The position numbers and the translations under genes were made by a program. The notes under the pieces are model-generated. The model was not told the DNA's origin. It was given only the letters and a program-made list of their open reading frames with translations, and ran no database searches. A stretch of 64,000 bases of DNA from Candidatus Magasanikiibacteriota bacterium (GTDB lineage: Bacteria > Patescibacteriota > Patescibacteriia > Magasanikbacterales > GWA2-37-8), in NCBI GenBank assembly GCA_963840935.1, contig CAWJAS010000001.1:320875-384874 (forward strand). The letters run 5' to 3'. Below, piece after piece: positions 49,396 to 58,567 of this stretch. Each line of letters starts with the position of its first letter. Within the stretch, counting starts at the first letter, position 1.

Positions 49396-49803
49396 ATGTC
49401 AGAAGAAAAAAAAGAAGTGATCGTTCCCGAGAAATTTAAAAAGCTCGTGGAAGAAATCGAAAAAATGTCGGTTCTTGACCTTTCCGAATTGGTAAAGGTT
49501 TTGGAAGACAAATTCGGCGTTTCCGCCGCCGCTCCGGCCATGATGATGGCTGCCGCTCCGGCTGCCGGTGGTGCTGCTGCCGCGGAAGAAAAAACGGAAT
49601 TCAATGTTGAATTATCCGGTGCGGGCGCCAATAAAATCAGCGTTATCAAAGTGGTAAAAGAAATTACCGGTTTGGGATTGGCTGAAGCCAAAGGATTGGT
49701 TGACGGCGCTCCCAAAATGATTAAAGAAGGCGTCAAGAAAGAAGAAGCTGAGGAAATGAAAAAGAAAATTGAAGAAGCCGGTGGTTCGGTCAATTTGAAA
49801 TAA
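49396..49803 (+). CDS. rplL: 50S ribosomal protein L7/L12
   Basis: [11 protein letters not shown] hinge, [23 protein letters not shown]. Confidence 0.98.
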   Translation: MSEEKKEVIVPEKFKKLVEEIEKMSVLDLSELVKVLEDKFGVSAAAPAMMMAAAPAAGGAAAAEEKTEFNVELSGAGANKISVIKVVKEITGLGLAEAKGLVDGAPKMIKEGVKKEEAEEMKKKIEEAGGSVNLK

Positions 49804-49820
49804 TAGAAACCGATAAACTT

Positions 49821-49854
49821 AAAAATCCCGTTAGCTGAACTAGCGGGATTTTTT
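49821..49854 (+). terminator. Terminator of rplJL; a second hairpin at 49861-49883 fits the convergent gene
   Basis: aaaaatcccgttag-ctgaa-ctagcgggattttt. Confidence 0.85.
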
Positions 49855-49915
49855 GTACGAAAAAACAGCCGAGGTGGCTGTTTGAAGAAAAGAGCGTGGT
49901 AGGAAAAGAGGCGGG

Positions 49916-50458
49916 TTAGTGGAATGGAATATGCAGGTATACTCCCGAGCGATCCGGGACGATCGTGGTGTTGTTCACGGCGGTCATGCGCCAGCCGTCG
50001 CTATTTGCCATGACCACGCCGAGCTCGGCGAGTTTCTGGTCACGGCGGGCAAGGGCCTCTTTGAGTTTTTTTCCGCAAGACAGATCCTGAAACTCCGTTA
50101 CCTTGCACTCATTCCCGGCAAGAGCGAAGTCGCGCTTGATAGGCGCGAGTTCGTAACTCACCGTGAATTGATTGTTCACGGTCGTGATGACCGCGAGCAC
50201 TGTCAAAAGTCGGAAACCGAATCGAATGATCGGTTTCTTTACCCGGCCGAGAAAAAACAGGGTGGTTCCTCCGACAATGATGTAGAGCATGGCGAGCCAA
50301 ATCTCTTTGCTCATTTCCTCATAGGTCATGCCGAAGTCCGAAGCCTTGAAAGAACCTACAATATTACCGACAAAAACCAAGATGATAAAAGCGACGATAA
50401 CCAAAATGATTTTGGGCGAAACGCCCGCTGTATCAATGTCTTCTTTTATTCTCTCCAT
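49916..50458 (-). CDS. GC-rich orphan membrane protein (three TM plus soluble C-terminal domain)
   Basis: Promoter TTGACA-17-TATAAT (50541-50513), boxA-like CGCTCTTTAAAC, SD AGGAGGAGG, ATG 50458. Confidence 0.75.
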   Translation of the reverse strand: MERIKEDIDTAGVSPKIILVIVAFIILVFVGNIVGSFKASDFGMTYEEMSKEIWLAMLYIIVGGTTLFFLGRVKKPIIRFGFRLLTVLAVITTVNNQFTVSYELAPIKRDFALAGNECKVTEFQDLSCGKKLKEALARRDQKLAELGVVMANSDGWRMTAVNNTTIVPDRSGVYLHIPFH

Positions 50459-50663
50459 TTTCCTCCTCCTTTTGTAGTGTTTAAAGAGCGGCAAAGCGTT
50501 TTTGTAGCCAATATTATAGCATAAAATGAGGGTTTTGTCAATCCCTTCAGTCCCGACTGGCGGGATGCGTTTTTTAGTCATTAACAGGATAAAGATATGC
50601 ACATTAATAATTTTGCCCAAATGGCCAAAATTTGATAAAATTAAGGCACATATATAAATTTTT

Positions 50664-51650
50664 ATGAAGATAATAAACAAGATTCAGGATGCGAATTTGA
50701 CCGGCCGTGGCGGGGCTGATTTTCCAACCGCTTTTAAGTGGCTTGCCGTACTCAAAGCAAAAGCCGAAAATTTCGACCGTCCGGCCTATGTGATTTGCAA
50801 TGCCACCGAAGGCGAACCGGGTGTTACCAAAGACAAATATATAATTCAAAAATACTCGAAGGAGTTAATTGAAGGAATAAAAATCGCCATGGACACAGTT
50901 AGCGCGGAAAAGGCGATAATTTATTGTCAGAAAAAAGATTTGAGCAAATTTAAATCTCGACTGTCTCCGTTTATCAAAAAAAATAAAATTGAATTTTTTG
51001 CCGAAGATGGCGGATACTTATGCGGGGAAGAAACAACTCTTCTTGAAACAATAGAAAAAAAGCGTTCGGAACCCAGGTTGAAACCGCCATACCCCACAGA
51101 AAAAGGATTGTATGATTGCCCGACCATTGTTAATAATGTGGAGACATTTTATTACATTGCCAAAATTTCTAAAAACGATTATCACGGGACTAGGTTTTAT
51201 TCAATCGGGGGTGAAGTAAAAAATCCCGGAGTTTTTGAATTGCCGATCAAAATGACTGTTTTTGACGTGCTCAAAAAAACAAAAAATATTCCTCGCTTCA
51301 AATATTTTGCGCAAATCGGCGGAGCGGCAGCTGGAAAAATATTTTTGTCCGATGAATTAAACCATGAGCTTAAAGGAACCGGTGCCATCACAATTTACAA
51401 TCTCAAAAAAACTGACCCCAAAAAATTAATGATTAAATGGATTGATTTTTTCTATAAATCAAATTGTGGCAAGTGTGTTCCGTGCCGAGAAGGGCTTTAT
51501 CGAGTGCGTGAGCAATTGCGCAAAAAGCAACCGGATTGGCTTATGATGCGGGCGATTTTAGAAACAATGCGCGAGGCCAGCTTTTGCCCGTTGGGCAAAA
51601 GCGTTTATGACCCGATGGTTAGTTTGATGCAGAAAATTGATATAAAATAA
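50664..51650 (+). CDS. Short NuoF/HydB-like flavin/NADH-binding Fe-S subunit
   Basis: GRGGADFP, CNATEGEPG, YLCGEET, PRLKPPYP, NNVET, CGKCVPCREG...C. Confidence 0.88.
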   Translation: MKIINKIQDANLTGRGGADFPTAFKWLAVLKAKAENFDRPAYVICNATEGEPGVTKDKYIIQKYSKELIEGIKIAMDTVSAEKAIIYCQKKDLSKFKSRLSPFIKKNKIEFFAEDGGYLCGEETTLLETIEKKRSEPRLKPPYPTEKGLYDCPTIVNNVETFYYIAKISKNDYHGTRFYSIGGEVKNPGVFELPIKMTVFDVLKKTKNIPRFKYFAQIGGAAAGKIFLSDELNHELKGTGAITIYNLKKTDPKKLMIKWIDFFYKSNCGKCVPCREGLYRVREQLRKKQPDWLMMRAILETMREASFCPLGKSVYDPMVSLMQKIDIK

Positions 51651-51656
51651 TTAACT

Positions 51657-52199
51657 ATGAGCTATTTGGATTACAACGATAGTGGTTCGGGTGTGGCAGA
51701 ACAGGTTCAGGCGATCCCCAAAGAAATTTCCAAAACAGGATTATTTGTTTTTTTATTTGCGGGCATTATGCTTGCTCCGCTTTTTCCCAATCAATTTATT
51801 TCCGGTCCGATTGTTAACGCGCTTTTGATTATCATCACTGTAATGCTCGGTCTTCGCAGTGGAATATTGATGTGCTTTGTGCCAAGTTTGATGGCTTTGG
51901 TCGGCGGGTTGTTACCTGCGATTATGGCGCCGTTTATTCCTTTTATAATGGTCAGTAATATTATTATGGTTTTTTTGTTTCATAAACTTCGCTTAAAAAA
52001 TTATTGGCTGGGGGCGGGGGCGGGTTCTATCGCCAAATTTATTTTCCTTTTTATCACCAGTCAGATATTTTTTAATTTTTTTGTAGCGCAAACACTATCC
52101 AAAAACATAGCTTTGATGATGTCTTGGAATCAGCTTTATTCGGCGGCGCTCGGTAGTTTAATCGCCTTTGTATTTCTCAAAACAATTAAAAGAATTTGA
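51657..52199 (+). CDS. Membrane protein, ECF S-component-like
   Basis: About 5-6 TM helices; NQFISGPIVNALL, PFIMVSN, MSWNQL. Confidence 0.6.
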   Translation: MSYLDYNDSGSGVAEQVQAIPKEISKTGLFVFLFAGIMLAPLFPNQFISGPIVNALLIIITVMLGLRSGILMCFVPSLMALVGGLLPAIMAPFIPFIMVSNIIMVFLFHKLRLKNYWLGAGAGSIAKFIFLFITSQIFFNFFVAQTLSKNIALMMSWNQLYSAALGSLIAFVFLKTIKRI

Positions 52200-52204
52200 T
52201 TATT

Positions 52205-53989
52205 ATGTCTAAAAAATTTGAAATAATTATTGATAAAAAAAGAGTCGAAGCGATTGAAGGCGAAACAGTGCTTGATGCGTCTTTGCGCGCCGGAATCGAT
52301 ATTCCGCATCTGTGTCAGCATCCGGATTTGTCGGTCAGGGCAAATTGCCGGATGTGCCTTGTAAAAATAAAAGGCATGCGCAGTCTGCAAACATCTTGTT
52401 CGACTTTGGTTGAAGACGGCATGGAAGTCACGACCGATAACGCCGAAATAAAACGAGCGCGCAAGTTTAATTTGGAATTGATTTTTGGCGAGCATATTGA
52501 AGACTGCCCTACATGCGTTTGGAATTGGCGCTGTGATTTGCTCAAATACCGCAAGCAATTGAATTCAAAAATGCTCCGTTTCAAGGACCGTAAAGGCAAA
52601 AGACCGATTTATGAATTTGGTCCGATTGTTTTTGACCAAACAAAGTGTATTGATTGCCGGAATTGTGTTGAAGTTTGTCCTGTTCAGTATTTGGATGTTG
52701 ACGGCAAAGGCGCGGGTATTGGCATCAAGCCATCAGACAAAAAAAATAAAGATTGTATCGCTTGCGGGCAGTGCATTGTCCATTGTCCGGCCGGAGCCAT
52801 CAAATCAAAAGGCGAATATGAAATAATTGAAGTGCTTGAGAAAATTTTGAAAGATAAAACAAAAACAGTGGTGGTGCAATTTGCGCCGTCAATTCGCGTT
52901 TCAATCGGTGAAGAATTGGGATTGCCCTATGGCGCGGCGGCCACCGACCAGTTATCCGCCGGTTTGCGCGCTCTTGGGTTCAATCATATTTTTGATACGG
53001 CCGTAGCCGCGGATTTTACCACGTTTGAAGAAGGCGCCGAAGCGGTCGAGAGAATAAAAAGAGGGGAGAATTTACCTGTGTTCACTTCTTGTTGCCCGTC
53101 TTGGGTGAATTATCTGGAATTTTTTGAACCGAAATTTATCAAGCATTTGAGTACGGCCAGGTCGCCCGAAATTATGCTTGGCGGGCTTGTTAAAACATAT
53201 TGGGCCAAGAAAAATAAAATCGACCCCAAAAATATTGTTTCGGTTTCAGTAATGCCATGCACATCCAAAAAATATGAAATTGAACGGCCGGAATACAAAA
53301 TTAACGGCAATAATCCGGTAGATATTGTTATTACCACTCGTGAATTGGCCAGATGGTTTTTGAATAGAAAAATTGATTTGAAAAAAATAAAACCGATTTC
53401 GGCCGACGATCCGTTTGGCAAGCCATCTGGCGCCGGTGTGATTTATGGCGCTTCGGGTGGAGTAATGGAATCGGCGCTCAGGACGGCCTATTGGCTTTTG
53501 ACCGGTAAAAATTTAAAAGATTATTCGCTTTTCAAAGATGTGCGCGGGCTCGACCAAATCAAGCGGGCGGTGATTAAATTGCCAAAACCGTTAAAAACTG
53601 CCAAAGGAATAAAAACAGAACTCAAAGTCGTGGTAGCCAACAAAATTCAAAACGCAAAAATAATTATTGAAGAATTAAAAAATGACCCCAATGCCTATGA
53701 TTTTGTGGAAGTAATGGCTTGCCCCGGCGGGTGCATTGGCGGTGGCGGTCAGTCATTGCCGGTTGATGAAAAAATTCGTGAACGCCGAGCCGCGTCGCTT
53801 TATATAATCGATGGCAAGAAAAAAATAAGATTAGCGCACGAAAATCCGGCTGTAAAAATGGCTTACAAAGAATATTTCACGACCAAAGAAAGAATACACG
53901 AAGTGTTTCACACGGATTTTTATAAAAAAAGTAAATATTTAATTAAGCGCCGACCGAGAACAAAAGAAGACGGGGCGATTCACGATTAA
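52205..53989 (+). CDS. hydA: [FeFe]-hydrogenase catalytic subunit (group A; 2Fe-2S, His-ligated and two further 4Fe-4S sites)
   Basis: H-cluster motifs TSCCPSW, MPCTSKKYE, EVMACPGGCIGGGGQ; accessory Fe-S Cys motifs. Confidence 0.95.
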   Translation: MSKKFEIIIDKKRVEAIEGETVLDASLRAGIDIPHLCQHPDLSVRANCRMCLVKIKGMRSLQTSCSTLVEDGMEVTTDNAEIKRARKFNLELIFGEHIEDCPTCVWNWRCDLLKYRKQLNSKMLRFKDRKGKRPIYEFGPIVFDQTKCIDCRNCVEVCPVQYLDVDGKGAGIGIKPSDKKNKDCIACGQCIVHCPAGAIKSKGEYEIIEVLEKILKDKTKTVVVQFAPSIRVSIGEELGLPYGAAATDQLSAGLRALGFNHIFDTAVAADFTTFEEGAEAVERIKRGENLPVFTSCCPSWVNYLEFFEPKFIKHLSTARSPEIMLGGLVKTYWAKKNKIDPKNIVSVSVMPCTSKKYEIERPEYKINGNNPVDIVITTRELARWFLNRKIDLKKIKPISADDPFGKPSGAGVIYGASGGVMESALRTAYWLLTGKNLKDYSLFKDVRGLDQIKRAVIKLPKPLKTAKGIKTELKVVVANKIQNAKIIIEELKNDPNAYDFVEVMACPGGCIGGGGQSLPVDEKIRERRAASLYIIDGKKKIRLAHENPAVKMAYKEYFTTKERIHEVFHTDFYKKSKYLIKRRPRTKEDGAIHD

Positions 53990-53993
53990 AATT

Positions 53994-55679
53994 ATGGTAA
54001 AAAAGAAATTAATAATAAAAGAACGACACACTGTTTTGTTTGGCGGTTCGGCCGGAGACGGGGCCAAGGAAGCGGCAATTAATTTTGGCCGATTGGTTGC
54101 CAAATACGGCTATGATTTTTTTGTATTTGTTGAGTATCCTTCACTCATTCGCGGGGGTCATAATTTTGCGCGAATTTCTTTTGGCGAAGGTGCGGTGGGA
54201 CTCGATGAAAAAAATTTGGACGCGCTCGTGGCAATGAACGAAGAAACGGTAACCTTGCACAAAAAAGAATTAAAAAATAGCGGATTAATTTTTGCGAATC
54301 AAAAAGAAGATAAAAACTTTTTTTCTATACCGGCATCCGATTGGGTAAAAGAAAATAGTTTGCCGGCGATAACCCGGATTAGCGCTTTTTTGGGCGCGCT
54401 TGTTTATTATTTTAATTTTGATTTAAAAAAATTAAATGAGGTTTTTATAGAAAGATTTGGGTCATTTTCCGCGCCAAACATTGAATTGGCCAAAAAAGGT
54501 TATGAACTGGCCAAAGCAAAAAAAATTAAGCAAATCATTTTACCGAAAACAAAAATTGTTAAAAAAAGAATTCTTGAAGGCAATGAGGCTTTGGCCGAAG
54601 GATTTGTCGCCTCCGGACTTAAAAATTATTTTGCTTATCCAATGACGCCGTCTTCTTCAATTCTTCACTATTTTTCCAAAATCGCTAAAGACAAAAAATT
54701 AAAGGTGGTTCAGCCGGAAAATGAATTGGCGGTGATCAACATGGCGCTCGGCTCGGCTTATGGCGGAGCGCGAACTGCCGTGGCATCTAGTTGTGGAGGA
54801 TTTGCTTTAATGCTTGAGGCCATGGCTATGGCCGGTATGGCCGAAATCCCCATTGTGGTGGCTGATTCGGCGCGCGCCGGTACTTCCACAGGTGTCCCGA
54901 CGCGGACGGGCCAAGGAGACCTGGATTTTGTTCGTCATATGCCCGGTGAATATCCTCGCATAGTAATTGCTCCGGGCGACCATGAAGAATGCTTTGATTG
55001 TGGCGCTTTGGCATTGAATTTGGCTTGGCAATTTCAAACACCGGCGGTGGTATTGCTTGATAAACAAATTTCCGAAAGCGTCGCTTCGATTGATTTATCT
55101 GGTAAAAAAGTAAAAATAATTCAACCGAAAAAAAATAAAGGCGTCTCAAATTACAAACGCTATGCCTTTTGCGTCGACGGTATTTCACCCTTAGGTTTTC
55201 CCGGTGAAAAAAACAAAGCGGTAAAAATTTCCAGTTATGAACACGATGAAAACGGATATATTACCGACGACCCGGAAACGGTTAAAAAAATGTATGAAAA
55301 AAGATTTGCCAAATTGAACGGCATAAAGCAAGAAATGAAAAAACATAAAACCATTAAAATTTTTGGTGATAAAAACAGCAAGAATACGGTTGTATTTTTT
55401 GGCTCGGTTAAAGGCGCTGTTTTGTCAGCCTTAAAACAATCAAAAAAATCTTTCAAAGCATTGCAAATAGTCTGGTTGGAGCCTTTTGATGAAAATTTAT
55501 TCTTGAAAGAAATAAAAAATTCCAAAAAAATAATTTGCGTAGAAAATAATTTTACCGGACAGCTTCATAAGCTAATCAGAGAAAAAACCGGAGTCGAAAT
55601 AAAAAATAACATTCGCAAATATAATTCAATACCTTTTTCCGCCGAGGAATTAGCATCTAAATTCGATAAGATTTTTTAA
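53994..55679 (+). CDS. korA: 2-oxoacid:ferredoxin oxidoreductase alpha subunit (gamma-alpha fusion)
   Basis: EYPSLIRGGHN, YPMTPSS, ENELA, STGVPTRTGQGDL, ENNFTGQL. Confidence 0.92.
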   Translation: MVKKKLIIKERHTVLFGGSAGDGAKEAAINFGRLVAKYGYDFFVFVEYPSLIRGGHNFARISFGEGAVGLDEKNLDALVAMNEETVTLHKKELKNSGLIFANQKEDKNFFSIPASDWVKENSLPAITRISAFLGALVYYFNFDLKKLNEVFIERFGSFSAPNIELAKKGYELAKAKKIKQIILPKTKIVKKRILEGNEALAEGFVASGLKNYFAYPMTPSSSILHYFSKIAKDKKLKVVQPENELAVINMALGSAYGGARTAVASSCGGFALMLEAMAMAGMAEIPIVVADSARAGTSTGVPTRTGQGDLDFVRHMPGEYPRIVIAPGDHEECFDCGALALNLAWQFQTPAVVLLDKQISESVASIDLSGKKVKIIQPKKNKGVSNYKRYAFCVDGISPLGFPGEKNKAVKISSYEHDENGYITDDPETVKKMYEKRFAKLNGIKQEMKKHKTIKIFGDKNSKNTVVFFGSVKGAVLSALKQSKKSFKALQIVWLEPFDENLFLKEIKNSKKIICVENNFTGQLHKLIREKTGVEIKNNIRKYNSIPFSAEELASKFDKIF

Positions 55680-55680
55680 T

Positions 55681-56451
55681 ATGATTGATTTGTCTACAAC
55701 CGCAAAAAATACATGGTGCCCGGGTTGCACTAATTTTGCCATTTTATCTTCATTCAAAAATGCTTTAAATGATTTGATAGTCGAAGGATTTAATAAAGAT
55801 AATTTTGTGATGTCGGTTGGAATCGGGTGCCATGGCAAAATCGCCGACTTTGCAAACATTAACAGTTTTACTTCACTCCACGGCAGGGAAGTAGCCACGG
55901 CCGAAGGAATTAAATTAGCCAATCCGAATTTGACTGTAATTGCTTTTGCCGGAGATGGCGATGCTTACGCGGAAGGAATCGAGCATTTGGTGCACGCGGC
56001 CAAGCGCAACATGGATATCACTTTGTTTGTTCACAACAATCAGGTTTTTGGTTTGACTACCGGTCAATTCACGCCAACCAGCCCTAAGGGTTTCAAAGGC
56101 CGGTCAACGCCGTTTGGTTCACCCGAAGAGCCTTTTAATCCGCTTTTACTTATGCTCTCGGCCGGCGCCACGTTTGTCGCTCGTGCATGGTCAATGGATT
56201 TGGAAGGCACAAAAAATATTATGAAACAGGCGATTAAGCACAAAGGTTTTTCCATTGTCGATATTATCCAACCGTGCATTACTTTTGCCGATACCAGAGA
56301 GGAATACAAAACAAAAATATCCGCGCTCGATGCCACTTTGCCGGTTAATGATTTGGAGCGGGCGATGAAAAATGTTAAACAAAATTCCGGCAAAATACCG
56401 ACGGGGATATTTTATAAAATCATTAAGCCGACTTTTGAAGATAATTTATGA
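55681..56451 (+). CDS. korB: 2-oxoacid:ferredoxin oxidoreductase beta subunit
   Basis: WCPGC, GIGC, SLHGR, TPP motif GDGD...NN, QPCITF. Confidence 0.94.
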   Translation: MIDLSTTAKNTWCPGCTNFAILSSFKNALNDLIVEGFNKDNFVMSVGIGCHGKIADFANINSFTSLHGREVATAEGIKLANPNLTVIAFAGDGDAYAEGIEHLVHAAKRNMDITLFVHNNQVFGLTTGQFTPTSPKGFKGRSTPFGSPEEPFNPLLLMLSAGATFVARAWSMDLEGTKNIMKQAIKHKGFSIVDIIQPCITFADTREEYKTKISALDATLPVNDLERAMKNVKQNSGKIPTGIFYKIIKPTFEDNL

Positions 56452-58496
56452 ATCTGTTTCATCTATTTAGTCCGCGCTCAGTCGCGGTTATTGGCGCAAT
56501 AGACGACCCGAAGAAAATCGGGTTTGCTTTAATGTATAATCTTTCTCAAAATAAAAAAATAAAAATCTATCCGGTTAATCCGACCGTAAAAAAAGTTTTC
56601 AAGGCTGTTTGTTATAAATCGGTCGCCAATATAAACGCTCCGGTGGACTTGGCGATTATTGCCGTAAAGCCCGAAGTTGTGCCCATTGTTTTGAAAGAAT
56701 GCGGAGAGAAAAAAATTCCTCACGCCATAATTATTACCGCCGGTTACAAAGAAATCGGCGCAGTCGGGGAAGAGCGGGAAAATGAGTTAAAACAAATTGC
56801 CAAAAAATATAAAATAAATATTATCGGACCGAATTGTTTGGGAATAATGGACGCGCGTTTTGGTTTGAACGCCACTTTTGGCAATGATTTACCGCGTGTC
56901 GGGCATGTGGCGGTTGTTTCGCAATCCGGCGCCATTGGCACAGCAATGCTTGATTGGGCGGCGGATAAAAATATTGGTTTTTCCAAATTTGTTTCCATCG
57001 GGAATCAAGCCGGCGCAACAGAAAATGATTTTTTGGAATATTTGGGCAAAGATAAAAACACAAAAGCGATAATAATGTATTTGGAAAGTTTATCCAACGG
57101 AAGAAGGTTTTTTAATTTAGCCAAAAAGATTACCGGCAAAAAACCGATAGTTGTTATTAAGGCGGGAATTTCCGAAAAAGGTTCAATAGCCGCTTCTTCG
57201 CATACCGGTTCAATTGCTTCTTCACACGAAATTTTTAAGGCATCTTGCGCCCAGAGCGGAGTTAAGCTTGTTGATTCTTTGGACGAAATGTTTAATTTGA
57301 TACGTTTTTTTGACGCGAATATTTATAAAGCACCCGGTGAATGGGTGATATTAACAAACGGCGGAGGACCGTCAATCGTGTTAACGGATTTATTAGAATC
57401 AACAAAAAACCTTGAATTGGCAAATATTAGCTTGCCAATATTCAATGCTTTAAAAAAGGTTTTGCCTGCTTCGGCCGCGCTCAATAATCCGGTTGATATA
57501 ATAGGGGACGCTTCAGCCGAGCGATACGACGAGGCGTTAAAAATTCTAACCAAAAATAATAAATTTGGAATAATTGTTTTACTGACTCCTCAAAAATTGA
57601 CTGAGATTGAAAAAACGGCAAAAATCATTATCACTCGCGCAAACAAACAATTGGTTGTGCCTTTATTCATTGGCGGAGAAAAAACAAGTTCAGCAAACGG
57701 TATTTTTCAAAAAAATCGTCTTGTAAATTTTTGCGATCCGTTTGCTCTGGTAAAGAGTTTGTCTAATTTGGCCGATAAAGCGATTACCAAAAAATCGACG
57801 CTTAAACAAGAGCCAAAATTAAACACCTCGTTAAGGCAAATGACTTTTGATGAATCATCTGTTTTATTTTCCAAATACGGCCTGAAAATTGATGGAATTT
57901 TTGTAAAAACAAAAAACGATTTGGAGCGAGTCGCAAAAAAAATTAATTTTCCGTGGGCAATAAAAGTTTCCGACGAAAGAATAATACACAAAACCGATGT
58001 TTCAGGCGTAAAAATAAATATCAACTCGCTCAAAGAAGCGGAAGAAGCGTGGGTGGAAATTGAAAGTAATATAAAAAAAATATACCCGAATATTATTTTG
58101 AACGGTTTTGTTGCGCAACCGATGAAAAAAGGAATAGAAGTAATTATTGGGGCAAAGAGAGATGGTAGTTTCGGTCCGGTTATTTTATTCGGCATGGGTG
58201 GAATATTTGTTGAAATATATAAAGACGCGGTAACGCGTTTGGCCCCGATAAATATTAATGAAGCAAAAAAAATGATTGATGAGGTAAAGGGTTCGGCGAT
58301 TCTCAAAGGAGCCAGAGGCGCCAAAAAAGCGGATATTAACGGTTTGGCGAATATTTTGGTATCACTTTCCAAGATAATGATTAAAGAAAGTAAAATCATG
58401 GAAATTGACCTCAATCCGATTATTGCAAGTGTTGACGGCAATCACTTGGTTGATGTGAGAATTATGCTAAAAAATGGCAAATATTCGCCAAAATAA
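56448..58496 (+). CDS. ADP-forming acetate/acyl-CoA ligase, fused alpha-beta
   Basis: PRSVAVIGA, IGPNCLG, SQSGA, ASSHTGS (phospho-His), ATP-grasp HKTD..GV, EIDLNP. Confidence 0.9.
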   Translation: MNLFHLFSPRSVAVIGAIDDPKKIGFALMYNLSQNKKIKIYPVNPTVKKVFKAVCYKSVANINAPVDLAIIAVKPEVVPIVLKECGEKKIPHAIIITAGYKEIGAVGEERENELKQIAKKYKINIIGPNCLGIMDARFGLNATFGNDLPRVGHVAVVSQSGAIGTAMLDWAADKNIGFSKFVSIGNQAGATENDFLEYLGKDKNTKAIIMYLESLSNGRRFFNLAKKITGKKPIVVIKAGISEKGSIAASSHTGSIASSHEIFKASCAQSGVKLVDSLDEMFNLIRFFDANIYKAPGEWVILTNGGGPSIVLTDLLESTKNLELANISLPIFNALKKVLPASAALNNPVDIIGDASAERYDEALKILTKNNKFGIIVLLTPQKLTEIEKTAKIIITRANKQLVVPLFIGGEKTSSANGIFQKNRLVNFCDPFALVKSLSNLADKAITKKSTLKQEPKLNTSLRQMTFDESSVLFSKYGLKIDGIFVKTKNDLERVAKKINFPWAIKVSDERIIHKTDVSGVKININSLKEAEEAWVEIESNIKKIYPNIILNGFVAQPMKKGIEVIIGAKRDGSFGPVILFGMGGIFVEIYKDAVTRLAPININEAKKMIDEVKGSAILKGARGAKKADINGLANILVSLSKIMIKESKIMEIDLNPIIASVDGNHLVDVRIMLKNGKYSPK

Positions 58497-58567
58497 GGGC
58501 TTGCCAAAGCGTGTTTTTCGTGATAATATAATCAGGCTAAAATTTGGCCTGATTTTTAATTAATTAC

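Noticed and set aside
49919-50524. 201-aa plus-strand ORF
   Set aside because: It is the antisense shadow of the minus-strand gene, which has the promoter, SD and TM pattern.
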